Below, piece by piece: positions 20,330 through 30,452 of a DNA stretch of 64,000 nt; positions within the stretch are counted from its first letter, which is position 1, and each line of letters begins with the position of its first letter. Position numbers and translations under genes: made by a program. The stretch lies in NCBI GenBank assembly GCA_965203805.1, contig OZ241917.1:480001-544000 (forward strand), read 5' to 3'. The notes under the pieces were generated by a model. It had not been told where the DNA came from. It saw only the letters and a program-made list of their open reading frames with translations, and did not search any database. The stretch is from Candidatus Latescibacterota bacterium. Lineage in GTDB: Bacteria; Latescibacterota; UBA2968; GCA-2709665.

Positions 20330-21574
20330 TCACGGCGACTCCGGTGCTTTGTCCGCGGGTCTTTCGGGACCGGGATCGGATGCGCGATGAACGTAGTACA
20401 GACAGATACCGCAGGCCACCGCCCCCAGGGCGAATACGGCGCCGATGGCGAAGGGCACCGACGTACCCCAGTCGATGAGTTTGCCTCCGCCAAGGCTGCC
20501 GGAGAGCATGCCGGCGCTCCATGCCACGTGCGCGCTGCCGACCACCCGGCCCTCTTCACCCTCCCGGGCGGTCAACTGGAGGATACCCGGCATGGTGGTG
20601 GAAAGGGACCATGCGAAGACGGATGCCACGATCCCGAAGATGTACAGCCCGGCGAGGGTGTGCGCCGTAAGCGTAAGGCCCACGGCGCTGACGGCCACGA
20701 GCGAGGACGAGATGAACACCGGCCTCCAGCGGCCGATGCGATCGACCAGCCGGCCCGTCAGCAACTGCGAGCCGCAAGCGGCGATCAGGCTGACGGCGCT
20801 GTACGTGGTGACCGACGTGTTGGTCCCGGAGATCCGGAAGATGAGCAACGGGATGAGCAGAGTCACGGCGCCCCAGTAGCTGGTGGGCAGGTACCGGATG
20901 GCCAGCAGCAGACGGACTTCGCGGCGGCGGCACAGGTCGATGAACCCGGCAAGAGAACGGGTGGCCGACCCGCCTGCATTCCGGGGACGGGGCAGGCTGG
21001 GCAACAGGACGAGCGACAAAATGACGATACCCGCGGCGGTGACACAGGCCAGCACCCCGAGGCGTTCGTATCCCAGGTTGTCGGCGATGGGTCCGGCCAG
21101 CAGGTTTCCCGCGGCGCTGCCGAGCGTGCTGCTCAGGAAATACCCGCCAGCCGCCATGCCCAGAACACGCGGCGGCACGGCGCCCAGCAGATAGCTCTGC
21201 CCGCCCGTGCTGCTGAATCCGAAGGTCATGCCCAGACCGATACAGAGTGCGGACAGGAGATACGGATCGCCGGTGAGAAAGATGGCCCCCGCCAGCAGCG
21301 GTCCGAACTGGCCCAGAATCAGCACCCGCTTGATGCCGAAGGCGTCGCACAGCATGCCGGCGGGTACGGAACAAAGGCCCCCCAGCATGAAGAAGAGGCC
21401 GCGCAATCCGGCCGAAAAGAGGGGGGACCGGGCAAGACCGGCTTCCACGTAAACGGGAAGAAGTGAGGAATAGAGAGGGCTGGAGACGAAACTGGCAAGA
21501 AAGGAAACGAGGAGCAGGGCGACGAACCGGCGGTTCAGCAACGCCTTCAGGCCTGCGGAGGATGGATCGGTCAT
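20330..21574 (-). CDS. MFS transporter
   Basis: 12 TM pattern; motif A variants GMLCDAFGIK and GRLVDRIGRW. Confidence 0.88.
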   Translation of the reverse strand: MTDPSSAGLKALLNRRFVALLLVSFLASFVSSPLYSSLLPVYVEAGLARSPLFSAGLRGLFFMLGGLCSVPAGMLCDAFGIKRVLILGQFGPLLAGAIFLTGDPYLLSALCIGLGMTFGFSSTGGQSYLLGAVPPRVLGMAAGGYFLSSTLGSAAGNLLAGPIADNLGYERLGVLACVTAAGIVILSLVLLPSLPRPRNAGGSATRSLAGFIDLCRRREVRLLLAIRYLPTSYWGAVTLLIPLLIFRISGTNTSVTTYSAVSLIAACGSQLLTGRLVDRIGRWRPVFISSSLVAVSAVGLTLTAHTLAGLYIFGIVASVFAWSLSTTMPGILQLTAREGEEGRVVGSAHVAWSAGMLSGSLGGGKLIDWGTSVPFAIGAVFALGAVACGICLYYVHRASDPGPERPADKAPESP

Positions 21575-21760
21575 TGGTGAACCGGATGTGGGCGATTCGC
21601 GTTCGAAAGCGCTGGACAACAAAATGCCGCGAAAACATATTATGGATGATCGCAGCCCGGATGTCAACCCAAAAGGGGATTCGGATACCCCGCGTTGAGG
21701 AGGACGCCGAGCAGATACATGAACGTGTAGTCGACGGGTGACGGTGGAAAGGCGTACGGC

Positions 21761-22291
21761 ATGGGGAAAGTGGAAAAAAAGGTGATTCCGGGCTGGACCG
21801 GGAGGTGCTATGAGGATTTCGCCGCGGGCGAAGTCTACCGGAGCCGGTTCGGCCGGACGGTCACGGGGGCCGACAACCAGCTGTTCACGCACCTGACCAT
21901 GAATACCAATCCGCTCCACTTCGACGAGGAGTACGCCCGGCGGACGCGGTGGGGGAAGATCCTGGTGAATAGCACGTTTACGCTTTCGCTGATCGTAGGC
22001 ATGAGCGTCCCCGACGTGAGCGAGCAGGCCATGGCGAATCTGGGATGGAGCGAGGTCCGGCTGCCCCATCCGGTATTCGTAGGAGATACGCTCTATTGCG
22101 AGACGGAGGTGCTCGCCGTGCGTGAGTCCAGGTCGTTCCAGGAAGCGGGCATTGTGACGGTTCGGACGCGGGGCGTGAATCAGGACGGCCGGGTCGTTAT
22201 CGATCTGACCCGCAGCGTAATGGTGTACAGGCGGACGCACGCGCCGTCGGGAAGCGCCTTTCCTGAAATTCGCGAGGAGACGGACGGGTGA
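21761..22291 (+). CDS. MaoC-family (R)-hydratase/dehydratase
   Basis: GRCYEDFAAG, RTVTGADNQLFTHLTMNTNPLHFD, PVFVGDTL. Confidence 0.92.
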   Translation: MGKVEKKVIPGWTGRCYEDFAAGEVYRSRFGRTVTGADNQLFTHLTMNTNPLHFDEEYARRTRWGKILVNSTFTLSLIVGMSVPDVSEQAMANLGWSEVRLPHPVFVGDTLYCETEVLAVRESRSFQEAGIVTVRTRGVNQDGRVVIDLTRSVMVYRRTHAPSGSAFPEIREETDG

Positions 22292-23136
22292 ATGCGATGC
22301 GGTCCTGGCTCTTTGTTCCGGGACACCGGCAGCGGATGATCGACAAGGCGGCCGGATTGCCCGCGGACGTTCTGATTTTAGATTTGGAGGACGGCGTTCC
22401 GGAGTCCGGGAAGGACGCCGCCCGTCGGCAGGTCGCTGTCTCGCTGGGTGCGGCTATCGGTTGCCCGGCGCGGTACGTGCGGGTCCACCCGGCCGGGTCG
22501 TCCGAATTGAACGCCGATCTGGATGCGGTGGCGCGACCCGGGCTGCAGGGGCTCGTGTTGCCCAAGGTGCGGGGGCCGGAGGACGTACTTCAACTGTGTG
22601 GGCGTCTGGACCGGTACGAGGCGTCGATGGGGATGCGGTCCGGCGGTGTCAGGATGTTGGCAACGGTCGAAAGCGCCGCGGGCCTGGTCCAGGCCCCCGC
22701 AATTGCATCGGCAACGCCCAGGCTGGTGGGGCTTATGTTCGGTGCAGAGGACTTCGCGCTGGATCTGGGCCTCTTCTCGAACGCGGGAAGGGGGCTTGTC
22801 GCCTACGCCCGATCGGCATTGGTCGTGGCCGCGGCGTACGGACGGATCCTTGCCATCGACAAAGTGTTTACCGATGTCCGCGATCCTGGCGGACTGGCCC
22901 GGGAGGCGCGGGAGGCCCGCGACCTGGGACTTGCCGGAAAAGCCGTGATCCACCCGGATCAGATCAACGCGGTGAATGAAATTTTCAGCCCCTCGGAAGA
23001 CGAGGTGACGCGTGCCTGTCGAATCGTTGCGGCATTCGAAGACCGGCCGGCCGGCGGCGCGGCATCCGTGGACGGCAGGATGGTGGACCGGCCGGTTCTG
23101 AAGCAGGCGCGAAGGATTCTGGATCGTCTGGAATAG
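22288..23136 (+). CDS. CitE/HpcH-family CoA ester lyase
   Basis: RSWLFVPG, DLEDGV, LPKV, FGAEDF, GKAVIHPDQ, DGRMVDRP. Confidence 0.92.
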   Translation: MNAMRSWLFVPGHRQRMIDKAAGLPADVLILDLEDGVPESGKDAARRQVAVSLGAAIGCPARYVRVHPAGSSELNADLDAVARPGLQGLVLPKVRGPEDVLQLCGRLDRYEASMGMRSGGVRMLATVESAAGLVQAPAIASATPRLVGLMFGAEDFALDLGLFSNAGRGLVAYARSALVVAAAYGRILAIDKVFTDVRDPGGLAREAREARDLGLAGKAVIHPDQINAVNEIFSPSEDEVTRACRIVAAFEDRPAGGAASVDGRMVDRPVLKQARRILDRLE

Positions 23137-23148
23137 CGGGAGAACCCG

Positions 23149-24354
23149 GTGGGAGAACAAATCCAGCAGCCGCCCCTGGACGGAACGAGGATTGTCTCGG
23201 TGGAGCAGTTCGGGGCCGGTCCGTGGGGCACGATGATGCTGGCGGACCTGGGAGCGGAAGTCATCAAGGTTGAGAACCCGCAGACCGGCGGCGACGTCGC
23301 ACGGTACGTGCCGCCGTACACGACCGGCGAGGACAGCCTCTATTTCCAGAGTTTCAACCGGAACAAGAAGAGCATTACGCTGAATCTGCGGCGCCCGGGA
23401 GCCACGGAGGTGCTGCATAGGCTGGTCAGGATGTCGGACGGGGTGTTCAACAACCTGCGAGGAGACCTTCCCGCCCGGCTCGGACTCGATTATCCGGCAT
23501 TGCGTGCGGTCAAGGCTTCGATCGTGTGCTGTTCCCTCTCCGCGTTCGGGCGCGGCGGGTCCCGGGCGGCGGAGCCGGGTTACGACTATCTGATGCAGGG
23601 ATATGCAGGCTGGATGAGCCTTGCGGGGGAGCCCGACGGTCCGCCGACAAAGACCGGACTCTCGCTTGTGGACCTCGCCGCGGGCGCCCTGGCGAGCCTG
23701 GGCATGGCAAGTGCGATCTTCCGTGCGAGGCAATCGGGACTTGGGTGCGACGTGGACGTGAATCTGTTCGACACGGCGCTGGCGCATCTGGGGTACGTGG
23801 CGGCGTGGTACCTGACGAAGGGGTATCAGGTGCATCGGATGCCCGATTCGTCGCACCCGTCGCAGATCCCGTCGCAGGTGGTGCCGACCCGCGACGGATG
23901 GCTCGTGATCATGTGTGCAAAAGAGAAGTTCTTTCGAAATCTGGTACACGTGCTGGGAGCGCCGGAACTGGCTGAGGACAGCCGATTTTCATCGTTCGCG
24001 GATCGCCTGGAAAACAGGGAGGTTCTGGTTCCGATCCTGAAGGACCGATTCCGCACGAAAACAACCGACGACTGGCTGGCGCTGCTCAGAGGCAAAGTAC
24101 CCTGCGCTCCCGTGAATTCGGTTGCTGAGGCCTTTGCCGACCCGCACGTCGCCGAGAACGACATGATCCTGGACTTGCCGCATCCGCAATTCGGCGCCGC
24201 CCGGGTGGTAGCGAGTCCCGTCAAGGTCGGCGGCGCGTCGGTCCAACCCCGGCGAGGGCCCTCATTGGGAGAGCACAATGGCTTGATTCTGGGCGAGTAT
24301 CTCGGTTATTCCGACCATGAGATCGAGAAGCTCCGCAGTGACGGCGCCATTTGA
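23149..24354 (+). CDS. CaiB/BaiF (family III) CoA transferase
   Basis: AGPWGTMMLADLGAEVIKVE, NRNKKSITLNL, PGYDYLMQG, PSLGEHN. Confidence 0.93.
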   Translation: MGEQIQQPPLDGTRIVSVEQFGAGPWGTMMLADLGAEVIKVENPQTGGDVARYVPPYTTGEDSLYFQSFNRNKKSITLNLRRPGATEVLHRLVRMSDGVFNNLRGDLPARLGLDYPALRAVKASIVCCSLSAFGRGGSRAAEPGYDYLMQGYAGWMSLAGEPDGPPTKTGLSLVDLAAGALASLGMASAIFRARQSGLGCDVDVNLFDTALAHLGYVAAWYLTKGYQVHRMPDSSHPSQIPSQVVPTRDGWLVIMCAKEKFFRNLVHVLGAPELAEDSRFSSFADRLENREVLVPILKDRFRTKTTDDWLALLRGKVPCAPVNSVAEAFADPHVAENDMILDLPHPQFGAARVVASPVKVGGASVQPRRGPSLGEHNGLILGEYLGYSDHEIEKLRSDGAI

Positions 24355-24433
24355 ATGCAGGCATCGGAAAGGACAACACGGCCGAACCGCAAGCCGACCG
24401 CGGCGGGTCGGGCGCTACAATAAAGGAGGCCCA

Positions 24434-25279
24434 ATGGGCGAAACGTTAACCCTTCCGGCGCACTACTACCGGCAGCACGACGCGGACCTGGGCGCCGACA
24501 TTCCGGGGCGCGGGTACGCGGGCTGGACCACACGGATGCTGGATGTACCGCTTGAGAGGACGGCGCTGGTCAGCATGCATGCCTGGAATCCCGGGCTGGT
24601 CGACGAAATCCCGCCCGGCCCGGGTTCTCCGTACGACGGCTGGTTCCGCATGGTGGAGTATCTGCCGAGGGCGATGCGGATTTCGCAGGACGTGTTTCCG
24701 CCGCTGCTGCGGGCGGCGAGAGGAGCCGGATTGCCTGTCATTCACGTCGCATCGAGCGAGAGCTATACGGCGTCTTACGACGAATACCAGCGCATAAAGA
24801 CGTTGGCGGGAGACGCCCCGAACGTGGCCGCGGGCGCGGTTGACGATGCATTGAAGAAAACGTGGCAGGCGGAACGGGGCCGGCAGATGACCGGCGCCCA
24901 CAACCAGCCGGATATCGCGGCCGGGTTCAAGCATATCGATTTTGCGCCGCAGGCGATTCCGGAAGCCGGAGAGCCGGTGGTGATCGATTCTCACCAGCTC
25001 AACGCGGCCTGCCGGGAGCGGGAAATCTGGCACCTGATCTATATCGGGTTCGCCATCAACTGGTGTCTTCTGGCCAGTCCGGGCGGGATGATCGACATGG
25101 GGCGGATGGGGTACGTGTGCTCCACCATCCGGCAGGCGACAACGGCGGTGGAGAACGGGGAGAGTTGCACGGAGGAATGGGCCAAGGAAATCGCGCTGTG
25201 GCGGGTGGCGCTGATGTTCGGTTACGTGTTCGACGTGGATCCGGTACTCGACGCCCTCGGCCAGGTGTCGAACGAATGA
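24434..25279 (+). CDS. Isochorismatase/cysteine-hydrolase-like protein (atypical)
   Basis: RTALVSMHAWN, AARGAGLPVIH, LIYIGFAINWCLL; SD AAGGAGG. Confidence 0.6.
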   Translation: MGETLTLPAHYYRQHDADLGADIPGRGYAGWTTRMLDVPLERTALVSMHAWNPGLVDEIPPGPGSPYDGWFRMVEYLPRAMRISQDVFPPLLRAARGAGLPVIHVASSESYTASYDEYQRIKTLAGDAPNVAAGAVDDALKKTWQAERGRQMTGAHNQPDIAAGFKHIDFAPQAIPEAGEPVVIDSHQLNAACREREIWHLIYIGFAINWCLLASPGGMIDMGRMGYVCSTIRQATTAVENGESCTEEWAKEIALWRVALMFGYVFDVDPVLDALGQVSNE

Positions 25280-25314
25280 TGAACGGGTATGGTACCGACC
25301 CTGGTGGGCCGTGC

Positions 25315-25977
25315 CTACACCGCGGCGGCCAGCGCAATGCCCCCGACCGCGAGCAGCGAGACTGCCCAGATCAGGTCGAAGTTGATCCACTTCCGCCGCA
25401 GCACCGCGAGTCCCAACTTGCGATACACAACCCACGCGACGGCGCCCATGACGAGCCACATGGCGAGCGTATGGAGACCGACGGCCAGGAAGACGTTCGC
25501 CAGCGAGTCCGCATTGGAAGCTCCGTGCCCGTGGTGGGCGTTTGCCACGCCCAGAAGGGCGGGAATCACCATCAGTCCGGCGCCGTGGGCGGTCGCCATC
25601 AGGAACGACCACGCGAAGAGGTCTCCCGCGCCTACCTTCATCCCCACCCATTTCGGATGTCTGTAGTAGTTGAGCAGCTTGTAGATCCCGAATGCGATCA
25701 GGACGAGGGCCGTCGTCCACTGCAGTGCGGGCAGCGAGATCAGATGGAGGCCTGCAAGCACGAGGGCGGCGGCGAGGGCGATCGAGGCGGCGTGGCCGGC
25801 GGCGATGGGGAACAGCGACGTCCAGACGGCGCGCCCGCTGTTCTGCTGCAGACCGAGGGACAGCGCGAACAGCCAGCCCATTCCGGGATTCAGCCCGTGA
25901 AAGGCGCCAAAGCCGACCATCGCCAGCCACGGGCCCAGCCCGTCAGGAAGGGTAGCAGAAAGAGTCGGTAGAGGCAT
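25315..25977 (-). CDS. His-containing integral membrane protein accompanying SBP56
   Basis: GAFHGLNPGMGWLFA, AAGHA, RHPKWVGM, ATAHGAG, HHGHG. SD GGAAGGAGG lies inside the 3' end of the upstream gene. Confidence 0.75.
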   Translation of the reverse strand: MPLPTLSATLPDGLGPWLAMVGFGAFHGLNPGMGWLFALSLGLQQNSGRAVWTSLFPIAAGHAASIALAAALVLAGLHLISLPALQWTTALVLIAFGIYKLLNYYRHPKWVGMKVGAGDLFAWSFLMATAHGAGLMVIPALLGVANAHHGHGASNADSLANVFLAVGLHTLAMWLVMGAVAWVVYRKLGLAVLRRKWINFDLIWAVSLLAVGGIALAAAV

Positions 25978-27340
25978 CTCCTCCTTCCAGGCGGACCTGG
26001 TGGACGCGTGTTTCGCCGAACTCGACGAAGAACCCGGGGTCCAGTTCCAGGCCTCCATTGGGGTCGGCATTGGCTTTGGTCATCCAGCCTTCCATTCCTT
26101 CCGGATAGAACTGGTCGTCCCAGGCGCTGTAGAGGGAATTGGTAAAGTAAATCCTCCGTCCGTCGCGGCTGACCTCCACCATCTGAGGGCCGCCCGACGG
26201 CGAGCCGTTACGCTTCGCGTGCGGCTTTTTGTTTACGATGCCCCCAATCTCCACCTTGCCGGTCAGAACCGGCTGAAACGGGTCGGAAACGTCGTACTGA
26301 TGCAGTTCGCCCAGTCCCCAGCACGAGACGTACAGAAACCTGTCGTCCAGCGAGAGGTCGATATCGGTGACCAGGGGCGGTACGGCCTCGAATCCCTTCA
26401 GCATGGGCGGCAGATCCGCGGGATTGGCCGGCGCCGCCGGAATCGTGATGACCTTTCGCATCCGCCACTCGCCGTCTTCGCGGAACCAGGTCCAGATGGA
26501 CGCGGACAGGTCCGCCGTGCTGACCACCACCCCGGCGAATCCGTGGGTCTTCCGCGGATCGTGCGCGGGCCGGAGTTCCAGGAGCATCTGATTCTCGGGT
26601 CCGATGTCGACGGACGCGTCGAGCCGGCGCTTTCTGAGGTCCCAGAAGTGAAGCCGGTGGCCGTATTTGTTCGCGAGCAGGTCCTCGGGTACGACCCCGT
26701 TCTCGAATTGCTCCGGGGTGCCCCATTCGCTGCTCATCAGCACGTCCTCAGCCAGGTGCCACCAGAAATCATAGGCCAACTCCTGGGAGCCGCGATGGAT
26801 TTCCCATGGCCCGATCACATCGAAACTGAAGTGGTCCAGCAGGAAGATCCCGCCGGGACCGTCCGTGCCGTTCGCCGGACCCAGCGCGCTGACGTAGATG
26901 GCGTCGGGGCCGCAGTGAACGGTGTGGGGCCGGCTGTACCCGGACCTTGCCTTGAGGTCTTCGGGTTCTATAGTCTTGACAATGTGCGGTCTGGCTGGAT
27001 CCGGTCTCGTATCCACGATATATATGCGCGACGAGCGCAGGCCCGGCAGGATCAGGTAGCGTCGTTCCAGGTGGGGATGGGGCGCGTAGGGACACAGCGC
27101 CGAACTGCAGGCGTTCCAGCCGAAGTGGTGGAGTTCGTCCCCCACATTGGGCATGTGGAGGGTGTGAATCGTCCGACCGCAGGTCGGTGACTGCTCATCA
27201 AGATCGACGACGCAAAGCGCATCCGGTCGATCGTTGACGCCGGTATTGAGCGCCGTTACGTAACCGTACCGTTCGGGAGGGGCCTGCATGGCCATTCTGG
27301 CCGACGGATAGAAGGACGGGTCCGGTTTCCAGAGAGGCAT
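25943..27340 (-). CDS. Selenium-binding protein SBP56 / methanethiol-oxidase homologue
   Basis: GDELHHFGWNACSS, SSRIYIVD, PHTVHC, YDFWWH, SLDDRFLYVSCW, GGPQM, SLYSAWDDQFYP, GGDASTD. Confidence 0.92.
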   Translation of the reverse strand: MPLWKPDPSFYPSARMAMQAPPERYGYVTALNTGVNDRPDALCVVDLDEQSPTCGRTIHTLHMPNVGDELHHFGWNACSSALCPYAPHPHLERRYLILPGLRSSRIYIVDTRPDPARPHIVKTIEPEDLKARSGYSRPHTVHCGPDAIYVSALGPANGTDGPGGIFLLDHFSFDVIGPWEIHRGSQELAYDFWWHLAEDVLMSSEWGTPEQFENGVVPEDLLANKYGHRLHFWDLRKRRLDASVDIGPENQMLLELRPAHDPRKTHGFAGVVVSTADLSASIWTWFREDGEWRMRKVITIPAAPANPADLPPMLKGFEAVPPLVTDIDLSLDDRFLYVSCWGLGELHQYDVSDPFQPVLTGKVEIGGIVNKKPHAKRNGSPSGGPQMVEVSRDGRRIYFTNSLYSAWDDQFYPEGMEGWMTKANADPNGGLELDPGFFVEFGETRVHQVRLEGGDASTDSFCYPS

Positions 27341-27392
27341 TTTCAATTGGCCTTTTTTTTGGGTTATCGGGTGCCGGCCGGGTACGGCACTC

Positions 27393-29426
27393 TCAGAGCT
27401 TGAGATAGCCGACGGCCTGAGGTTCGGAGACAACGGCATCTCCACGAACGACGAGTCGGGAGCCCCCAGCCACGCGGCAGGCATCGACGGTGTCATCCGC
27501 AATGCGGACGTGGGCGAATTCGGCGTCGGTTTCGATGTCCCCAAACGTAAACGCGTTGCCCGGCGCGGCGGTAATGACCGTGTCTGTCGCGGTATCGCCC
27601 CGGATGCGGATGGCGCATCCGGACGCGTCTCCGGCCGCGTCGATTTCGGGGGGAGACGAGCCGCTGCGGTACGGGACAAGCGCGACAACGCAGAACAGCG
27701 GGTTCCAGAACCAGTCGTAGCGTAACCGGGGATGGTCGTGAAAGACATCCTCCTTCCAGCGTCCGGGCCACGGGGTCGCGATCCGGACCTCGCACCGGTT
27801 TCCGTGTCTTCCGCCCACGATCGTGAAGTGGTCCCGGCCCGGTTCGATCCGGTTTTCCGCGGCCGTGTGCAGCAGCCACGACAGGATCGGCCGGTCCGGC
27901 ATCTCGAAATCCAGACGGTCGACGACGATCAGCGCGGCGGGCGCGCCGCGCACATCCGGCAGGCAAAGCGCCCGTCGGACGAACCGCTGAGCGCAGCCGT
28001 AGCTGTCGCCCCCTTCGCCCTCCACGTAGGGGAACGGGCCGTGGAGATCCGCGCGGACGATGCCGTCGTTTCGCGCGGGGCCGCGTCGCTGCATTTCGCC
28101 CATCACCAGGGGCAGATTGTGGGCCTCGCCAAGGGCGCCCAGGCGAAGGACTTCGGTGGTGTCCGGGAGCCTCTCGAGCGCGTAACCGGAATCGCAGGCA
28201 AAGGTCTCTCCGAGGGCGTGCAGCGCAAACTGGTTGCGGTCGGCCTGCCGGTGCCCTCCCGCCGGGAACACGTCACACAGAAACGAAAGAAAGAAATCGT
28301 CAGATTGCCATCCCGACCGGACGTCCACGAGCCCGCGGTTGCGGAAGTGTTTCGCGGCCGGCAGATTCAGGCCGTCGGGGGGAACGGGCGCCACGGACGG
28401 GTCGACATACAGGAGGTACCGGTTGACCGTATCGCTCCAGAAGTTGTCCGGCGGCCGCCAGTATCCGCCGTCGCGCGGCGGTTTGTCGATGCTTTTCCAG
28501 AGCCACTGGGCGAGCCCGTTGTTCTGCTGTGCGGCCGCGAGGGACAGCCACTCGACGTGAAACTGGTCGCCGCAGTCGTTGAGCGGATTGGGCCGTCCCG
28601 TGGCCGGTATGAGTTCGTACGCCAGACCCTCCGCGATCCTCGCCCATCCGCCGTGGTCCACGAGGTCCCTGTCTCCGCAGACGGCCAGCGCCAGCGCGAA
28701 CGGTGCGAGAAACTGCAACGTGGCGCTGCCGTACGCGGGGCCCTCGTAGAAGGCGCCCTGGCCGTCGTGTCCCTTTTCGAGAAAGAGCAGGCACCGCTTC
28801 TTGCCGGCCTCGAGTGCCCGGTTGAAACGGAATTCGTCCAGTACGCCGTAATTCCGCAATACCATTCCGAGAAGGCCCAGACCGATGAGTCCGATCGCGG
28901 CCATGTTCCAGTCGGGCCGGGTCTCCTCCGGGTCCGGTGGATTCTCGAGCAGGTAGTCGATAAAGGGCAGACAATAGGCCCCGATTTCACGGTGTTCCGC
29001 GTCGGTCAGCTCGCTTTTCAGAAGGTCCATGCCGATGGCGAGCATGGTGGAACTGGCGCCGGCATCCAGACAATTGTCCCGCCACGTCCGGTACGGCCGA
29101 CCGTAGTTGGTGCCGCCGCAGTTTTCGACGATACGGTGTTTCACGATGGTCCGGAGGATGTCGCACGCGGCGGCCGTGTACTTCCTGTCCAGCAGAATTC
29201 CGCCAACGGCGAGGTTTTCAATCGACTTGGGAAGCAGGCGGCTGCCGGGCCGGGTAGACCAGAAGTCAGAGCGGCGTTCCGCATGATCAATACATCCCGG
29301 CGATTCGGGATTGATGTGGTCTTCGCAGGTCTGGCGGAGGTTTCGTTTCAACGAGCGGACGACGGGGCTCGCGTCAACGCGGCGGTTCTCCAGGATGGGC
29401 CGAAACAATGATTCCGGTATATTCAT
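27393..29426 (-). CDS. Heparinase II/III-like polysaccharide lyase
   Basis: NMAA, GAFYEGPAY, VRSGW, GGHRQADRNQFAL, DSGY, AHN motifs. Confidence 0.75.
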   Translation of the reverse strand: MNIPESLFRPILENRRVDASPVVRSLKRNLRQTCEDHINPESPGCIDHAERRSDFWSTRPGSRLLPKSIENLAVGGILLDRKYTAAACDILRTIVKHRIVENCGGTNYGRPYRTWRDNCLDAGASSTMLAIGMDLLKSELTDAEHREIGAYCLPFIDYLLENPPDPEETRPDWNMAAIGLIGLGLLGMVLRNYGVLDEFRFNRALEAGKKRCLLFLEKGHDGQGAFYEGPAYGSATLQFLAPFALALAVCGDRDLVDHGGWARIAEGLAYELIPATGRPNPLNDCGDQFHVEWLSLAAAQQNNGLAQWLWKSIDKPPRDGGYWRPPDNFWSDTVNRYLLYVDPSVAPVPPDGLNLPAAKHFRNRGLVDVRSGWQSDDFFLSFLCDVFPAGGHRQADRNQFALHALGETFACDSGYALERLPDTTEVLRLGALGEAHNLPLVMGEMQRRGPARNDGIVRADLHGPFPYVEGEGGDSYGCAQRFVRRALCLPDVRGAPAALIVVDRLDFEMPDRPILSWLLHTAAENRIEPGRDHFTIVGGRHGNRCEVRIATPWPGRWKEDVFHDHPRLRYDWFWNPLFCVVALVPYRSGSSPPEIDAAGDASGCAIRIRGDTATDTVITAAPGNAFTFGDIETDAEFAHVRIADDTVDACRVAGGSRLVVRGDAVVSEPQAVGYLKL

Positions 29427-29472
29427 AGCTGTTTCTTCCAGCGTTCGGAACGCCGTTATTCAGGCGCCGGGA

Positions 29473-30237
29473 TCAGGTCCCTTCCAGTCCGGGCGGCATG
29501 AAGATTTCCCTTCGCCTGCCGTCGCTGTACCCTTCCACGTCGCTGAGGACCACCCCCGGGCTGGCAAGCGCCGCCCTGACGATCTGGCGGTTGAAGGTAT
29601 GTACGTAGTCCGACGACAGGTATTCTTCAACGGGCATCCAGAGACACTCTTCGATTTCTTCGGGTTGAAGGACAATGTCATACGTGAGCGGCTTGAGGCG
29701 GCAGACGAAGTAAATGTCGGACTTGTCGTGGCGGTAGCCGTGCCAGTGGCGGAAACACACCATGGCTTCGAATGTCGTCCGGACACCGGTCTCTTCAAGT
29801 ATTTCACGGACGACGGCCTCGGCCAGGTGTTCGCCCGGATGCAGCGCACCCCCGGGCAGCTTGTAGTATGGCCTGCTGCTCCCGCGGTGTTTTTCGCAGA
29901 CGACCAGGACCTCGTCGTCTTTGCTGATGACCACCCCACCCGCGCCTATATAGTGTGTGGCGAAACCGGGGATGAACGCGTCCTCGACCAGTGGACGGGT
30001 CAACATGAGATAGGTCTCGCCGCTGTGGTGAAACGAGAAACCCGCCTGCACCGCGACGGGAATGAACTCCGATTTGATTATGGGAACCTCCAGCCACACA
30101 AGCTGGCGACCTCTCTTCTTCCAGATTTCCAGGGACATCGAGAGGCGATGGCTGAACGTCTCCCTGGCCGAGGGAAGGCTTTCAGGGTTGATGACAATGC
30201 CGTTGAAGGCATTGGTGGTATGTTCGAGGACTTCCAT
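29473..30237 (-). CDS. Nudix hydrolase, NUDT6/plant NUDX-like with N-terminal pre-Nudix domain
   Basis: Nudix box PGGALHPGEHLAEAVVREILEETGV; VWLEVPI, GFSFHH, FRHWHG..KSDIYFVCRL. Confidence 0.85.
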   Translation of the reverse strand: MEVLEHTTNAFNGIVINPESLPSARETFSHRLSMSLEIWKKRGRQLVWLEVPIIKSEFIPVAVQAGFSFHHSGETYLMLTRPLVEDAFIPGFATHYIGAGGVVISKDDEVLVVCEKHRGSSRPYYKLPGGALHPGEHLAEAVVREILEETGVRTTFEAMVCFRHWHGYRHDKSDIYFVCRLKPLTYDIVLQPEEIEECLWMPVEEYLSSDYVHTFNRQIVRAALASPGVVLSDVEGYSDGRRREIFMPPGLEGT

Positions 30238-30452
30238 CGTAGGGATTCCCCGGATCCTTGCCGGCGCGGTTGGTGGCGACCTGAATGTAAACAGCCCGTC
30301 GCCGGTTTACAAGTGGTTTTGATACGGAAGGGTTTTGGCTTGACAGGGTGCGGACCTCGATTGATATTGACGGGCCTTTCGGCTTGGGGAAGCGGGACTG
30401 CGTTCGCATTTTCGCGATTGGGTTTGCCGGATCAGCCTCCAGGAGGTGGTGG

